Shown: positions 26,290-39,497, counted from the first letter of the whole stretch. The stretch: 57,879 nucleotides of DNA, filler included, from Sphacelaria rigidula (GCA_964200075.2; 4 parts of 4 records of this genome joined end to end with filler, not necessarily neighbours in it); one strand, 5' to 3'. Translations and numbers: made by a program. The notes: generated from the letters alone by a model not told the origin.

Positions 26290-28320
26290 TTGAGCTGTTT
26301 AATTTTACAACCCTTGTCAATGTCGGTGTCGTCACGGTGATTGTACAGGCGCCAGTCAGTGCAGTAAAGCAACGAAAGCTAGCTGTGACCGGGTTTGTCT
26401 GGCGTACTGCCGCCAGCGTTGCTCAAATGCGTCAACAAGTGGTTGATCATGGAGCACTCTTGTTCCTCGTGAAATACATATCTTGCCCCAGCTTGTAATG
26501 AATGACCTCCCGACATGTGAGCTCTCGGAAGCTACCGCGACACACGCAGCTGGTGGGTGGGTGCTCCAGATTGCAGCATGGAGGCACCCCCATGACCCAC
26601 GCCAGCAACAGTTAGGTCACCACCATAGGTATCGTTTTTCACTCCACGTGACAAGAAGGTCTCCACAAGTGTTTGATCTTTCATACATCCCCCCAACTGG
26701 TGTGTGGCACGCTCTTGTCGTCACAAACGCACAAGTGCACATGTCCGGTAAAATCAACAATCAATAACACCCGCCAAGTTGCGGGTGGATCTGTTATTGC
26801 CGCAGCACCGTCCTTGCTGCACGACGGCATGTGTGTGACGAATAACAGCAGCGGTGACGAAACATCGCCCTGTTTTTCAACGACGTGTTCTGTAGTGCAC
26901 AGAGGCGCGCCCTGTGCAAAACGAGAGGTAGAGAGGAATCGATCTTCACGTTGGTGAGCTCCACAGACAAGAAGAGATGACACCCGTCGGCACCTCGATG
27001 TTCTCTGGGGGGCTGTGCAGCAATATAAAATACCTACCGGCACATGGGAAATTGGGTACATGCTGGTAATATGCATGATGCCAGTCTCTCGAGCGATTGG
27101 TAATCGCCGAGCGACGACACATAAAGGACACGGGCGAGGAGGTTCCTCTCTGCTGTTTCTCCCCCGGTGGTATTGTCATCGACACGCGTGTACAAGCAGC
27201 CGGTCCTAGTAATTGGGGTTGTACACTAAAATGGCGTTCAACCCCAATTCAAAAAGTCGAGAATTCACGCCGCACAGTATAACCACGGGAAAATATTTTA
27301 GCAAGCAGAGTTTCTGTTGCAGTTACGCCGGTGTGGTTAGGTGCACCAAATGAATGCCGTGCACACGCGTGTCGATGACGATATCACCAGAGGAGCAACG
27401 GCGGAGAGGAAGCTCCTCGCCGGTGTCGCTCGTGTGTCCTCGTTCGGCGATTCCCAATCGCTGCAGAGATTGTCACCATGTTATAGTACCAGCACATACC
27501 CAACTTGCCATGTGTGGGTAGGCGGGTTATTGTAGCATAGCCGCGGAAACAAGATCGCGGGATGCCCCGGTTGTCGTCTCCTGTCTATAGCGCTGACCGA
27601 TGTAAATATCTATTTCCCTCTGCCTCTTCTTGGACAGGAAGTGCCTCTGTGCGCAGTAGGACACGTCGTTGAAAGGCTGGGTGATGTCCTCGTCACCACT
27701 ACTGTTCTCTCTCACACACAAGAGGGCACGGACGACTGCGCCCTTGCAGCAAGATCTAATAATCGGAAGCTGGGGGATGTTATTGCAGTCGTTGATTTAC
27801 CCGATGTCTGCAAAACAATAACAACAGACAGTCGGTCACATCCCAGTTGGGGGGTTGGATGGATGAGAGATCAAACACTCGTGTAGACCTTCTTGGTATG
27901 CGGAGTGAGAAAAGGAACCTCGTGTGGGTGACTTAACTCTTGCTGGCGTGACCGAAATGGGGGCTGAGATCCTGTAATTGAGCTTCTATGCTGCCAACCG
28001 ATCGCATGCATGGTGTGTGCGTCGGGGGGTGTCTGTCGCAAAAACTTGTTCTGCGGGAGAGTCATCCTAAGCTGGGACGAGATATGGTTAGGAACAGGGG
28101 TGTCCTATGATTAACCACCTGCAATTGCATTCCTGACCCGCGTCGTTGAGCGCTGACCAGGAAAGTTTTGCCTGAGGACAGCTTACGAGCAACGGCAGTA
28201 GTAGGCCATCGGTTCAGCCCGGAATACTACTGCAATTTCGTTGCCGCATGTGCTGACTGCCTACAGCAATTCGATTGTCCAAGCCTTGAGAGAGAGAAGG
28301 GTTATCATATTGAAATTTTG
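26290..28320. repeat. ~2-kb diverged palindrome (two inverted copies of a ~1-kb element)
   Basis: 26598-26790 vs reverse complement of 27770-27955; 26850-26990 vs rc 27560-27700; 27165-27195 vs rc 27358-27392; centre ~27270. Confidence 0.8.
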
Positions 28321-28719
28321 ACTGTTTGAATCGAAACGGCTCTGGCTTCCCAATATCGTGTTTTTTCCGTCTAGAAGGCTAAATGGCCCGCTGAAGGATG
28401 ACATACCCTCTAGTGGCGGGTCATATATCGCAGCTGACGGCATATAACATCCCCATGTTTGCACTTACGTCGCCATTCGGCTAGCCTCGAAAATCCCCAA
28501 GTGGGTTTTCCAAATGTGATGCAATATTCCGTTCGTTTTGAACCCTTCCGGTGTGGAATATTGGGCAATGCTATCGTCTGGAGGATTTTCAACATCATGG
28601 TCTCCCTCGAGGGTTTGTGTCAATATCGGAACCCTCTGGATTGTTTCTGAAGGCACTGATGCTGTGAAAACCCTATAATCGATACGGCATATCACAGCGG
28701 GTCCTCATTTTGCGTTTGA

Positions 28720-28892
28720 TCTCTAAAATGGGGTTCAAGTGGCATATCTTTTTTCGCAGGGATGACGCGAAACAGTTACACCGAGCGAAACCATTCCCCC
28801 CCCCCCAAATGTCTGCAGCAGTCAAGCAGTTGTGGCTACGTGCACCGAACAAATGCGGTGTACACGCGTGTCGATGACGATATCACCAGAGA
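28720..28892. repeat. Further partial copy of the same repeat family
   Basis: AAAATGGGGTTCAAG..CATATC matches 26216-26252; TACACGCGTGTCGATGACGATATCACCAGAG matches 27361-27391. Confidence 0.65.
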
Positions 28893-28992
28893 NNNNNNNN
28901 NNNNNNNNNNNNNNNNNNNNNNNNNNNNNNNNNNNNTTAATTAATTAANNNNNNNNNNNNNNNNNNNNNNNNNNNNNNNNNNNNNNNNNNNN
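28893..28992. other. Artificial contig spacer
   Basis: N44-TTAATTAATTAA-N44. Confidence 0.98.
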
Positions 28993-29031
<39 letters not shown>

Positions 29032-29085
29032 ATGATAATGATGACAACAAAAACAACAACAACGACAACAGCAACAATAGTAACA
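28993..29085. repeat. Compound microsatellite (CTA)n/(AAT)n/(CAA)n
   Basis: Seen directly. Confidence 0.9.
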
Positions 29086-29349
29086 AACTTTCAACAACCA
29101 TAACTCGTGAACGGTTGCGACTTGAAAAAAAAATGAACTATATATTAACCCCCATGCATACAAGTCACCAAGCTCTGCTTGCGGCGTCGGCGAACGCGGA
29201 GCGCGCTTTTTCATTCACCCCTCACACGCACGCAGCGAGTTCCCGTGGAACCCACCCAACATATTTCCCCGGATGAGCCGAGAAATCCCGACGGCACCTG
29301 ACCCTACAACAACACTGCAGTCCTACGGCACTGCAGTACGAAAACGCAC

Positions 29350-29582
29350 CTGTTTCGATGACCCTTGGCGAGGAAGAGCTGGTAGTGTGTTATTCCGTCG
29401 TGCGTCTGCGCGCAAACGAAACAACGGTGGGAGCCCTTCTTGGGCTTCGATGAGGCAACGACTGCTGTACAGCCCACGCCAATCACGCCAGCGTCAGAAA
29501 TGGCGTGGGTGCCCCTGTTCGATCCCGCAACGCACAGGCCCACCGCCCGGGCGTACGCAGCCCGAGCAAGACTTTCGGCGAC
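29350..29582 (-). CDS. Exon 3 of CinA-like/nucleotidyltransferase-superfamily gene
   Basis: CAG|VAESLARAAYARA..VIGVGCTAVVASSKPKKGSHRCFV..LAKGHRNR|GTGCGT; phase 0 join with exon 2. Confidence 0.8.
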
Positions 29583-29643
29583 CTGCGATCGTGTCCGGTT
29601 CGGGTAGGTCCGGTTTGGTTCAGGTTCAGTGATATTTGGTCCA

Positions 29644-29906
29644 GGAGCAATGCTACGGTAGGGGTGCACTTTTTTCGCGAATTTTTGTCTGGTTCAGGGG
29701 CTCCTAACCATCCTAGACGCACAATAACATGGATGGGTTATGGCATCCCCGTTCGCAGATTTATTCGGGGTATCCCCAGCACATTGGAATAGTAATCCTG
29801 GCGTACTCTTGCATTTTTTCATAAGTCGTGTGTTGGATGAGATAAAGGGCTTTCAACAATTCAAACCTCAGAAAATATTTGTGTACCCCTACCGTAGCAT
29901 CACTCC
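29644..29906. mobile_element. MITE with ~26-bp TIRs, copy 1
   Basis: GGAGCAATGCTACGGTAGGGGTGCAC ... GTGTACCCCTACCGTAGCATCACTCC; flanked CA/CA. Confidence 0.85.
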
Positions 29907-30849
29907 CAGGTCCAGTGATATTTGATTCAGGCCCTGACCTCTAAGGTATCTTACTTTTTGCCTTAGAGCCCCTTTTCAGAGAGGGGTTGCCTGAGAGGGG
30001 GTATGGCGTCTGAGATGCCTTGTTTGGGCTAGGCAAACACATATACTACAACAAAGAATGGAAGTACGGCACACAAATGACGACGCCAACTCTAATTAGT
30101 CGGGATACCGGGGAGCCTTCGAGCCTCTTTTCGAAAAGGGATTGCCTGATAAGGTGTTTCATGCCTGAGATGCCTCATTTAACAAATGCAAACACATTAT
30201 ACCACAGAAAGAATAACAATAAGTCAAGCTTATGACCATACCCATTCCAATTATTCGGGATACCGGAGTGATTGTCTATATGGCACGTCTATGGCAAGTC
30301 TCAGGCATCCCGACCTATAAACTAGGGCATTTCAGGGATGAATACGGGGTAAGGAATGCCTTAGGAGTTGCCGGAGGTCAACTAGCTTGTCTAAGACGTG
30401 CCTTAAACGGTTTGCCTTAGACCCTCCTTCGGCATGCCTTATCGGTCAGGGCCTATTCCAAGCGCGGATCGATTCGTGTTCAGTTTGGGTTGGTTCAAGG
30501 TGGTTCTACGGTAGGGGTGCAAACTGTTTATCTGAGGCTCTCCACTTTAGGAGTCCCTCGATGACAAACATCTGGGCCTCAGTGTCCAGCCTCAGAATTG
30601 TTTTGGACTAAAACATGAACCTCTACCATAGAACTATCCTTCTGCGAGATTTGAGATTTGGTCCATGTTCAGTGAGGTTTGGTTCGGGTTCAGTGAGGTT
30701 TGGTCCAGGTCCATCTTGACGTGGTATGAAACAAGCACTTTTTTCAGCGCCGCTGTGAAATGTGTCGAAGTGTGGCACGGCACACAAATCAGTTTGGGGG
30801 TTGTATTTTGGAGAGACTGTGCGGTTTGGCACACGGGCAGCACAGTTGC

Positions 30850-31058
30850 AAGGGCAGGTCGAGTAGAGTTTGCTCAATTGTGGGGTATTTTGAACATCGT
30901 ACTTGCAGTACTCAAATTGGGCTAACGTGTTAGAAGTCGTATACCCAAAAAATAACTGGAAAGCGACCCCTGACACCCTACCTCAATCCATGCACTTCAA
31001 GCACAACGTTCAAAATACCCCACAACTAGGTATGTACCCTGGTCGACCTGCCCTTACA
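30850..31058. repeat. Small inverted-repeat element
   Basis: AAGGGCAGGTCGA..TTGTGGGGTATTTTGAAC vs GTTCAAAATACCCCACAA..TCGACCTGCCCTT. Confidence 0.65.
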
Positions 31059-31876
31059 CAGTTGTCGCTACTATTGTTGTTGTTGTGACGAAGTCCTTGA
31101 GATGAAGTGTATATACGCACGGAGAGCAGCCGCGAGCAAAATATACTGCGACTCTGCGGGGAGGTTGGGCCCACCATGTATCAATAGTTGGTTGGTTGGG
31201 AATTCCTCGCGATTTGTGGGTGACGCTTGGCGCACAAAACCCGCTTGGTTCTTACGCCGTAATCTTCCTGTGAAGTCATGAGGCAGAGTTCGAATACATC
31301 AGAGTGCACCAGCGTCGAAGATAAACTTGACTCGACAATACGCGTGGCAGAAGCAACCCTCCCATTCCCTCCAGGATCCAAATATCACAACACATTGCCG
31401 TTAGTCGGCGGAGTAACAGAGGACGGTGGGTACCCCCACCTCGAGGCGGCGCTTTTTTCAAGGCGGGGCCCTGCTCTCCACTTTACGGTGGCGGAGATCG
31501 GCAATCCAACGCACGGCGGAGACATGTTAAGAAAGTTGCGCCATGATAGCCAGCACCATCCGGCAACCAAAGTTACCTACCGAAGTATAATCTTTTCTCC
31601 TCGTCAAAGAACGTGTGAAGAGGCTCATCAACGGAGGAGCGGGGTGATGTACAGTAGATACACACAATTATAATTATACCACACGACGAAGGGACAAATC
31701 CCGCCAGTGGCCGTCGAGGACTACCACCTTTTCACGCTTAAGCCAACTACTACTGTATCATACTCGCAAAAAAAAAAAAAGGCATTTTGATATTCGTAGA
31801 ACACAACAGCCTATCTGTTCGTACATGGCGGGACGGGTCTGCTGGAAGACAGCAGGAACTGCTGGTAGGTTCTCAC

Positions 31877-32021
31877 CTCTGGCGAGCAGTAACGCTTCTT
31901 CGGTGGACCGCCTCCCATCAGCTCGTTGCTGGCGGCCGCAGAGTAAGGCACGGTGGCTTCGAGTAGGCATGCGCTGGCCCCAGGAACACCTAGCATCCAC
32001 GATATCGCCTTTCCCCCAGAC
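31877..32021 (-). CDS. Exon 2 of CinA-like/nucleotidyltransferase-superfamily gene
   Basis: CAG|G-SGGKAISWMLGVPGASACLLEATVPYS..RYCSPE|GTGAGA; VPGAS..LLEA.VPYS is characteristic of this family. Confidence 0.82.
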
Positions 32022-32093
32022 CTGCCAGGAAGATGACATATCAAGGGAATGCACTTTAGTTATTATACCCCTGTGATATGTTGTCTTTCGCTT

Positions 32094-32355
32094 AGAGTGA
32101 TGCTACCGTAGGGGTGCGCAAATATTTCATGAGGTTAAAACTGTTGGGAGCCCTCTACCTCATCCAACACACGACTTACGGAAGAAGTGAGAGTACGCCA
32201 GGATTACTACTCCAATGTGCTACGTAGGATTGTCCCGAATAAACTTGCAAACGGGGATGCCTTGGCCCATATTCTTGTGCGTCTGGAATCGTCAGGAGCC
32301 CCCGAACCAGACAAGATTTCGCGAACAAAGTGCACCCCTACCGTAGCATTGCTCC
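32094..32355. mobile_element. MITE copy 2 (inverted relative to 29644-29906)
   Basis: Same TIRs and internal sequence; flanked TT/TT. Confidence 0.85.
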
Positions 32356-32693
32356 TTGTCCGAAAAATAAAATTCAATCCCAACCAACCGTCCATCCTCA
32401 AAATCATCCATCCTCGAACAATCTTTGGTTCATTCGTAAATTAATTATACATAACTATATATACGCTAGAATTGTGTTCCGTTTTTCCAAAAAACAAGTT
32501 ATCCACTCCCAACAACCCCAACAACCGCAACAACTTCCGAACAACGAACAAATTGAATTAAAACTGAATTAAATTAAATTAATATATTTATTATTCATAT
32601 CAAAATTCAAAGCACAACTCGTGAAACTGAGCTGGGTATCTCATATTTTGTGCCCATCCATGTCATATCTTCAATTTAGTACGGGACCTCATG

Positions 32694-32893
32694 TGTTGTT
32701 GTGCGTTGCCGTCCCATCTATTCTGGACGCTAGCCTACGAGTACACATTTCGGTATATGTGGACGCACCAGGCGGGGCACACAGGAGCAAGGCCGACACA
32801 GATTTTTTTTTTAGTTTTCCACGTTTCTTCTGTGGTGCTTGCTTTCCTTTTGATCGCGAGAGGGGTTCAGCAGTCCCCTTCTCCCTCGTCGAC
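32694..32893 (-). mobile_element. 5'-truncated SINE copy
   Basis: Homologous to 41770-41975. Confidence 0.7.
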
Positions 32894-33913
32894 CAGGCCT
32901 CCAGAACGACCGATGAGGCTGGTGAGGAATGGCGTGTCTGGCGTCTCCACGAAACAGTGGCTACATGTGAAAATCCAGGTATGTAACCGCCTCATGCAGG
33001 GTTAGGAGGAAGACCGAAAGTTTCACTCAATCTATTCTCAGGTGCAGATACAAACTGTAATTCGGGTGGGGTACGCATTGGGTAATGTACATCTGATGTA
33101 ACAAGCAGTATGGCTCGCCGTAGGGAGCTTTCAACAGGATGCGGCGACCGGCGGGCCGCCCGCCACTTGTGGCTTTGGATGATATCATTGTCTCCATCAC
33201 CTCGCCACACAACCCTTCATGGTCAGGGTGGGCCACGATTTCCCTCTTTGTTGCAAGCGGCAAATTCTCTTCGAAGGGTATGGGCATCGCGTCGCACATA
33301 ATACAGTACAGTACAGTGCAGTACGTCTCTCCGACTGCAGCAGCAGCTGCCGCTGCATACTCCCCTGCACGTTCTGGGCAGTCATCACTTCGTCCCCGCC
33401 GACTACATACACATGTTTACTATGTTCTGCATGGCATCAGCAGAGGGATAGGCGTAACTCATTACTATAGCTCCTTCTCTCCTTCCACGGCCCAGCTGGA
33501 TTTGGTGCCTCGTGAGAATGACCACATTGTAGCGTGTACGCTTTCCCCCGGTTTTCTCCCCTCAATCATGTCTTGGTGTAATTACTACGTTTCATTATAG
33601 GCTGGCGACCCTAAAAAACATCCGGGAAATCACGGGAGCGCTATACTGAATGCAAAGAAAACGAGAAAAAATACCAGGCGTCCTGCCTTTGCATACCTGG
33701 GAAGGCGTTTGATCTGGGACAGAGACATGCCCCCCATAGGATGTTGGAAGCGACGTCAAACTCGGTAACAATCCCCGCGCTGGTCGTTCGGGTCTGGTCG
33801 ATAAATTTCGCCTCGTCGTGATTGGGCAGGTCGCTCCCTGACGTATTACTTTATTATTTTACGAGCACATGGTCAATCCCGTGTTAGTGGGGGGTCGGTC
33901 CCAACAGGGTTAA

Positions 33914-33995
33914 CCCTCAGACCGCGGTGCGGGTCGTCCATCTGGACCACGTGTACTTTTCTCGAGTGAATATTGATGCCCTCGCGGTCCAAGGG
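33914..33995. mobile_element. piggyBac-like MITE copy 2 (internally deleted)
   Basis: TTAA|CCCTCAGACCGCG...CGCGGTCCAAGGG|TTCA. Confidence 0.65.
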
Positions 33996-34604
33996 TTCAG
34001 TCGAATTTTGCACAGGCACAGTTTTGGGTAGGAATGGGGACCCTAACGACCAAAATTCGGCACAAGATTAAAAATAAGAAATAACGCGGAGGGATAATGA
34101 ACACGTCAGTAGGTGGTCGGACCTGTGCCGAGACCCTCACGAACAGAACACACGCTCCATCACTTATTAAGTCGGTGTAGTATGGGACTGCTGTAGCACT
34201 GGAGATCGCGCGGTTCTCGACACCGGAAGCAAGCCGGTCCACGGCACTTGACAGCCCCCCGCATACACACAAGGTCTAGGGGACCTAGTTTGATATTTTG
34301 CTGGCGTCGCGTCAGCGGCACGGAAATCCCCCCCCAGAGCGGAAAAACCTTATTCTAGTATATTCAGGTCATTTGCGAGTCAGCATCACGCGCAGACGCA
34401 AAAACCAAACTAGGCGACATAGCTTGGGTGTGTGGGAAGCGCACGCAAGAAACCGCAGTTCAATCCCCGCTTCGTTGCCGAGTTGTAAGCGTTGCGCGAT
34501 TGGCACTTTTGGGTTGAGGATCAGTAGCGTCTTTCGAGGTCGAAGATGGCAAATAAAAAAAAGTCGGTGGGCATACTACTTTTCCTGCCGCAAGCAAGTT
34601 GTGA

Positions 34605-35160
34605 CAACATGCACTTGGGTTGCGTGCCCCCAGGCGCTGCTTTGTTCTGGGCGGCTGCGCACAAAGGGCAAATTCGCCTTTCAACGGCGAGTATCCTTTG
34701 AAGTGTCGAATTACAGAGGGAGAGTTGACAGAAGAAACACAAAGCTGGCGGTTGCTTCATGTCAGGGCTCCAGTGCAGAAGCCAAGGCGTCGAGAGCGAT
34801 TTTAGTACGAGTACGTGGTTACATCTGCTGGTGACCGCGGTCATGTATTCAGTAACTGTCTGTGTGTACTATTCATAGTATCAGAATGAGATGCAAACGA
34901 TGCGATGCTCGAGAAGCTTCGTTTTGGGCTGCGTGTTTTTTTCCTTGCGGCGAGCGGTGTGTGACGGATGGCGTTCGACTTTGTGGCATGTCACCAGGTG
35001 CTGCTTTGTTCTGTACGGCTGTGCACGAAGAGCAAATTCGTCTTTCAACAGCGAGTATCCTTCATGTATTCAGTTGCAGAGGGCGAGGTCACACATGAAC
35101 TTCGGCTGTTGTGTCTGAGGGTTCCAGCGGAGAAGCAAAGGGCGCAAAGAGTGATTTTGA
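34605..35160. repeat. Diverged direct duplication (~365-bp period)
   Basis: CCAGG.GCTGCTTTGTTCTG..CGGCTG.GCAC.AAG.GCAAATTCG.CTTTCAAC.GCGAGTATCC at ~34630 and ~34994. Confidence 0.7.
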
Positions 35161-35933
35161 TTTCAGACTGCGCACTATGTATGCCTCGGTTGGCAGAGCC
35201 ACGATGTTTCAAGTGACTGCCTGTACATACTGAAAATAGAGAAAAATTGACGTTGAAGATGTTGATCTAGACAGAGAGAACCAGACCGTGCCCAAGCGAC
35301 TGACAAGATGGGATTCCTTCTAATCATGTCACGACCCTGATCCCATGGGGTGCATGAGAAATTCACTCTCCAATCTCGCAGTCATAGCTGTGTGTAGGAC
35401 ACGCAGCGCGTAGCCAATCCGCAGAGCATGAAGCTCTAGATCGTCAACATAATCAGCATCGTTCTCAGTAGTTTTCGCATGCGCAACGCTGCTGCTCATC
35501 AAATTTCCGTACTTTCTCGTTCTAGCACCATGTCAGGTACGCCTTTCGCTGCAGTTACGTTGGTGTGTGGCGGCCACAACAGCTGCTTGTTATCTTCGGA
35601 ATGACGGTAAACGTGGGGTGGTAGCTCGCGGGCGTGTGCTTCCCGACTGGTGCAGACAGAAGCGGGACACTAGCTAGTGCAACAAGATTGTCCATCTACT
35701 GATGTGGAGCGAGCTTTCCGGAGGAACAAAATCACCTCAACACCGACCACTCCCAGGCTTGAGTAAATGTACTAGAAACCTAGTTCATTTCCTATGAGCC
35801 AAATAGTCATTTGTAGGTGACGCGTGTATTTTCCATTGATACGATTCGTTGGATTACGGACCACTTCTGACGCATGTAGCGATCAGCTTGCGCTTTCCAT
35901 TAATATAGCACCCAAAATCGGTCCTACACATGA

Positions 35934-36326
35934 CAGTAGGTAAGGTAGGTACCTGGTACCGGTATTTGGGACATCTCATACCCTGCCGATACCGGTCCAA
36001 TTGGGTATTTTCAAATGTCATATCCACGATACTCACGATACCACGGTATTTCGAGATTTCAATACCTACCGTACCCGCCCAATCGGGTGTTTTCAAATGT
36101 CGTACCTACGATACCTACGATACCACGGTATTTCGATACCTACCGTACCCGCTCAATCAGGTATTTTCAAAATTCATAACTACGATACCTACGATACTAC
36201 GGTATTTCGATACCTACCGTACCCGCTCAATCAGGTATTTCTAATACTCATACCTACGGTACCCAGACATACCACGGTATAGATTACTCCGGTGACTACC
36301 GTGAATACCGGGGGTATACCCGGTAT
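35934..36326. mobile_element. MITE with internal GATAC/TACC repeats, copy 1
   Basis: Starts GTAAGGTAGGTACC; internal tandem units; homologous to 37718-38049. Confidence 0.7.
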
Positions 36327-36798
36327 AAACCGGACGCGATGCATTCTCCACGGTGCAGCAAGCAGCTGGCCCCAACTTGCGCAAAGGCCAGAAGTTGCCG
36401 GAGCGGTATGTGTTGTTTTCACAAGTAAAATATACCCAGATTTCCCCTGATTTTCGTGTTTGGATCAATTCGAATGAACTCATTATTATGTAGTCTGAAG
36501 TGCGGTCCATTTTTTTCTCGATCTCATAGGCCCACCGCATTTCTGTACTTAGAAGGCTTCAACTCAAACTTATAATTAGGGGCGCGCGGAGAAAAACTAC
36601 AAAACAATAAAGCTAAGCTTCTTCAATCAAAAACATGCGGTCGAAAGGCACGAAGCGGCACTTGACTCCTATGTTACAGACCACCATGCCAGATAACATC
36701 CGTTCACAGAACCATGGAAACTCCATCCAACGTATCCTCAGTTACCATCGCAACCCTGCAGCATCGAGTACGAGTTGAGCACAGGGATAGATGCACTG

Positions 36799-37261
36799 CA
36801 GTTTATGTTGGATATTGTATCGAAAGTTTCGATATATCGTATCGATATATCGCTATCATTATCGTATCGAAAACCTTTCGATAAAATGATGAGGTTTTGT
36901 CAAGTCTGGACACGTCTTCTCCTAGGCTGGGAGACCTTGAATAGGCCGATTCGGATGGGAAATGAAGCCATGTATCCCAATTCTTCTGCCTACGGCAACT
37001 CCTCCCGCGGGCCCCCCTCACGAGCCGAGGCGGGGGGGGGGAGGGGGGCGTACTCATGTGTTGCTTGCCTTAGTCATTTGACCATTGACCATCACGAGCC
37101 GAGGGGGGGGCGGGGGCGTTTGGAGCTCGCAAAGCGAGCGGCTTCGCCGCGCTCGCCGCGGATCGGCTTCGCCGTAATTTATCGAAATGTATCGTTATCG
37201 AACGCTGAAAAAGCCGATGTCATATCGAAGTGCTAAATGGTTCGATATCCGACACTAACTG
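36799..37261. mobile_element. MITE with CAG...CTG TIRs and ATCG/CGAT-rich subterminal regions
   Basis: CAGTTTATGTTGGATAT vs ATATCCGACACTAACTG. Confidence 0.7.
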
Positions 37262-37717
37262 CAGTAGTTGGGTATGCTTCGTTTCTTTTTTGTGGGCGAA
37301 TACTTGCGCATCATCCTTCATGGTAGGGATCAGCGACGGAGCTGCGTGGTGCGGTGGGCAACCGAGTTGCGTACAACCTCATGGACAGTGCGGGCAGTAC
37401 CAAGCTGCACGTTGTTGAAGTCCTTTTCACGCCGCATCGGAAGCAGAGAGAACCGTTAGTCCTGGGCTGTCTGCACTGCACGTTGCCCACAGTACAGACT
37501 GTCTGTACTGTACACGAGTGACCATGTACCGTTTCACGAATTTCACTGTCGTTTCTCGATCGAAAGCTTGAAATTCGCTTGAATCCAACTCGACGAAAAT
37601 GAGTGATTTTCGCTCAAACCGATTCCACCGCCCCATTCTTTCGATCTAGAGGAAAAGTGCCAAGTCACGCCCTGAAACGCTTCTCCGCACTGCCGAATGA
37701 CAGTTTTGAAGTCGGTA

Positions 37718-38049
37718 TAGAGGGTAAGGTAGGTACCCGGTACCAGCATTTGGGACATGTCATACCCTACCGATACCGACCCGATCGAGTATTTTCAAAT
37801 GTCGTACCTACGATACCTACGATACCACGGTATTTCGTGATACCAGCACCTGCGGTACCCGCTCAATCAGGTATTTTCAAAACTGATACCTACGATACCG
37901 ATGATACCACGGTATTTTGAGATTTCAGTACCTACCGCACCCGCTTAATCAGGCATTTCCAATACCCATACCTACAGTTCCCACGCATACCACGGTATGA
38001 GATACCCCGATAAATACCGGGGATACGCTCGGTACGGTACCTCACCTAC
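37718..38049. mobile_element. MITE copy 2 of the GATAC family
   Basis: GTAAGGTAGGTACC ... GGTACCTCACCTAC inverted ends. Confidence 0.7.
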
Positions 38050-38059
38050 GGTTCCCGTG

Positions 38060-38190
38060 GAATTTTGTGTACCCACGACGTAGTCGCTCCCCACTGTTGG
38101 GCACTATGTGAGAAAAAAACCCAGATTGCTCCGAGATTCGAACCCACGACCCAGCCGTCACAAGGTTTCGAGCTTACTAACTGAGCCACC
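38060..38190 (-). mobile_element. SINE 5' part (tRNA-derived head)
   Basis: Minus strand A box GGTGGCTCAGTTAGT and B box GGTTCGAATC; matches 41983-42114. Confidence 0.7.
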
Positions 38191-38930
38191 TTGTGCGACT
38201 AACATTTCTGGATATATGAATTAGGTGAAGGTGAGGGTATCGATCGTTTCCCTGCGCCCCGTGCCCCAAGGAATGTCTACACCAAAAGTAAGGGTCATCG
38301 CTGTGCTCGTATACATTTTTCGCGGTTTCGTACAGACTTTGGGACTTAATCGAGATATCTCGGAACATTACGGGATTCACTCAGCATGGCGTTTAATCAA
38401 CGAGAGATCACTTGACCGGGCCGTAGAGTAGATGAGCATAATCTGCCCTGTGATTGGACGATCAACACGATGTGCGGCTTAACGCCAAATTTGTCTGCGT
38501 CGATGAGATATGTCTGTGACAGCAACAGTCCGTTTTTATGCTGGCCCAACTCGGAATGAAACCAAAAACTAACGTACGAGTACTGACAATGGTTGTACAA
38601 GGACCCTACACGGCTACCTCCTACAAATGGTAGCATACGAGTGTCACAAGCCGAACTATGGGGGCTTGCACGCCGTACACTCTTTCCAGCATTGATAGGG
38701 AGACTCTCGTCCATCATACATACATGCTGCAAGTCAGTACGGTACAGCAGAATAAAACAACTGTGGCGGTGCAGACAGGCCGCAGTGTGAGTGTTTGAAG
38801 TCTACCCGACAGTACCTACGAAGTTCACTTTGCACAGGGGAGCAGCTGATGATCTACCAGTCACATACAACTAACTACATGTTGCACTGTACTGTACTGT
38901 CCGACACAGCCATCATTCCAACAATCTCAC

Positions 38931-39259
38931 CCCGCAGCCGATAAGCACACTCGTGGAGAAGGTGACAAGGCATACAGGCCCTGAAGCAGGGAAACCACAT
39001 CATCCGGCACCGGCGCAAAAGTGCCGTAGATTGTGTCGTCGTCCCCGCTGCCTAGCACGGTGGTGCTGTCTCTGCTGATGCTTGCGGCACCGGCTATCTT
39101 GGCCGACAGGCCTAATCCCCGGTACGGCCGCCTGGGTGACGATAAGGTTCTGTAGACTGTCGCTGGTGGTGTTGTCGTCATCGACTGTCGCAAAAGGGAA
39201 AAGCCTGACGCCCCGGTTAACGATGAAGATAGGTGGTAGAAAGCATTAACCAGCCACAT
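38931..39259 (-). CDS. Exon 1 of CinA-like/nucleotidyltransferase-superfamily gene (start uncertain)
   Basis: ..DDVVSLLQGLYALSPSPRVCLSAA-GG|GTGAGA; the phase-2 join to exon 2 gives SAAGSGGKAISW. Confidence 0.7.
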
Positions 39260-39497
39260 CCGGCTGGCTAGTACCCGCCCGTACGCCGTTTCCTCTTTTC
39301 CGCTCAGCCAGCAGGCCGTGCGTCTTGTTTTCAGACGAGCAGGCGCAAGCACAAGTCCAACGATGGTTGCAGTCACACTAACTGGAACTCATGGCGCTGG
39401 AAATTGAACTGGTTCCCCGCTCGAACCAATGTCAGACATTCAAAATCTCAGCACACCTTCCTCTTGCTTGTCTGCTCTCAGAGGCCAGAGTAAGTAC

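Noticed and set aside
31278-31673. + strand 131-aa ORF inside intron 2
   Set aside because: No recognisable motif or splice support; possibly a TE remnant, but unassignable
35934-38049. GATAC-rich periodic repeats as CRISPR or coding repeats
   Set aside because: They are internal repeats of a two-copy MITE; the ORFs across them are incidental
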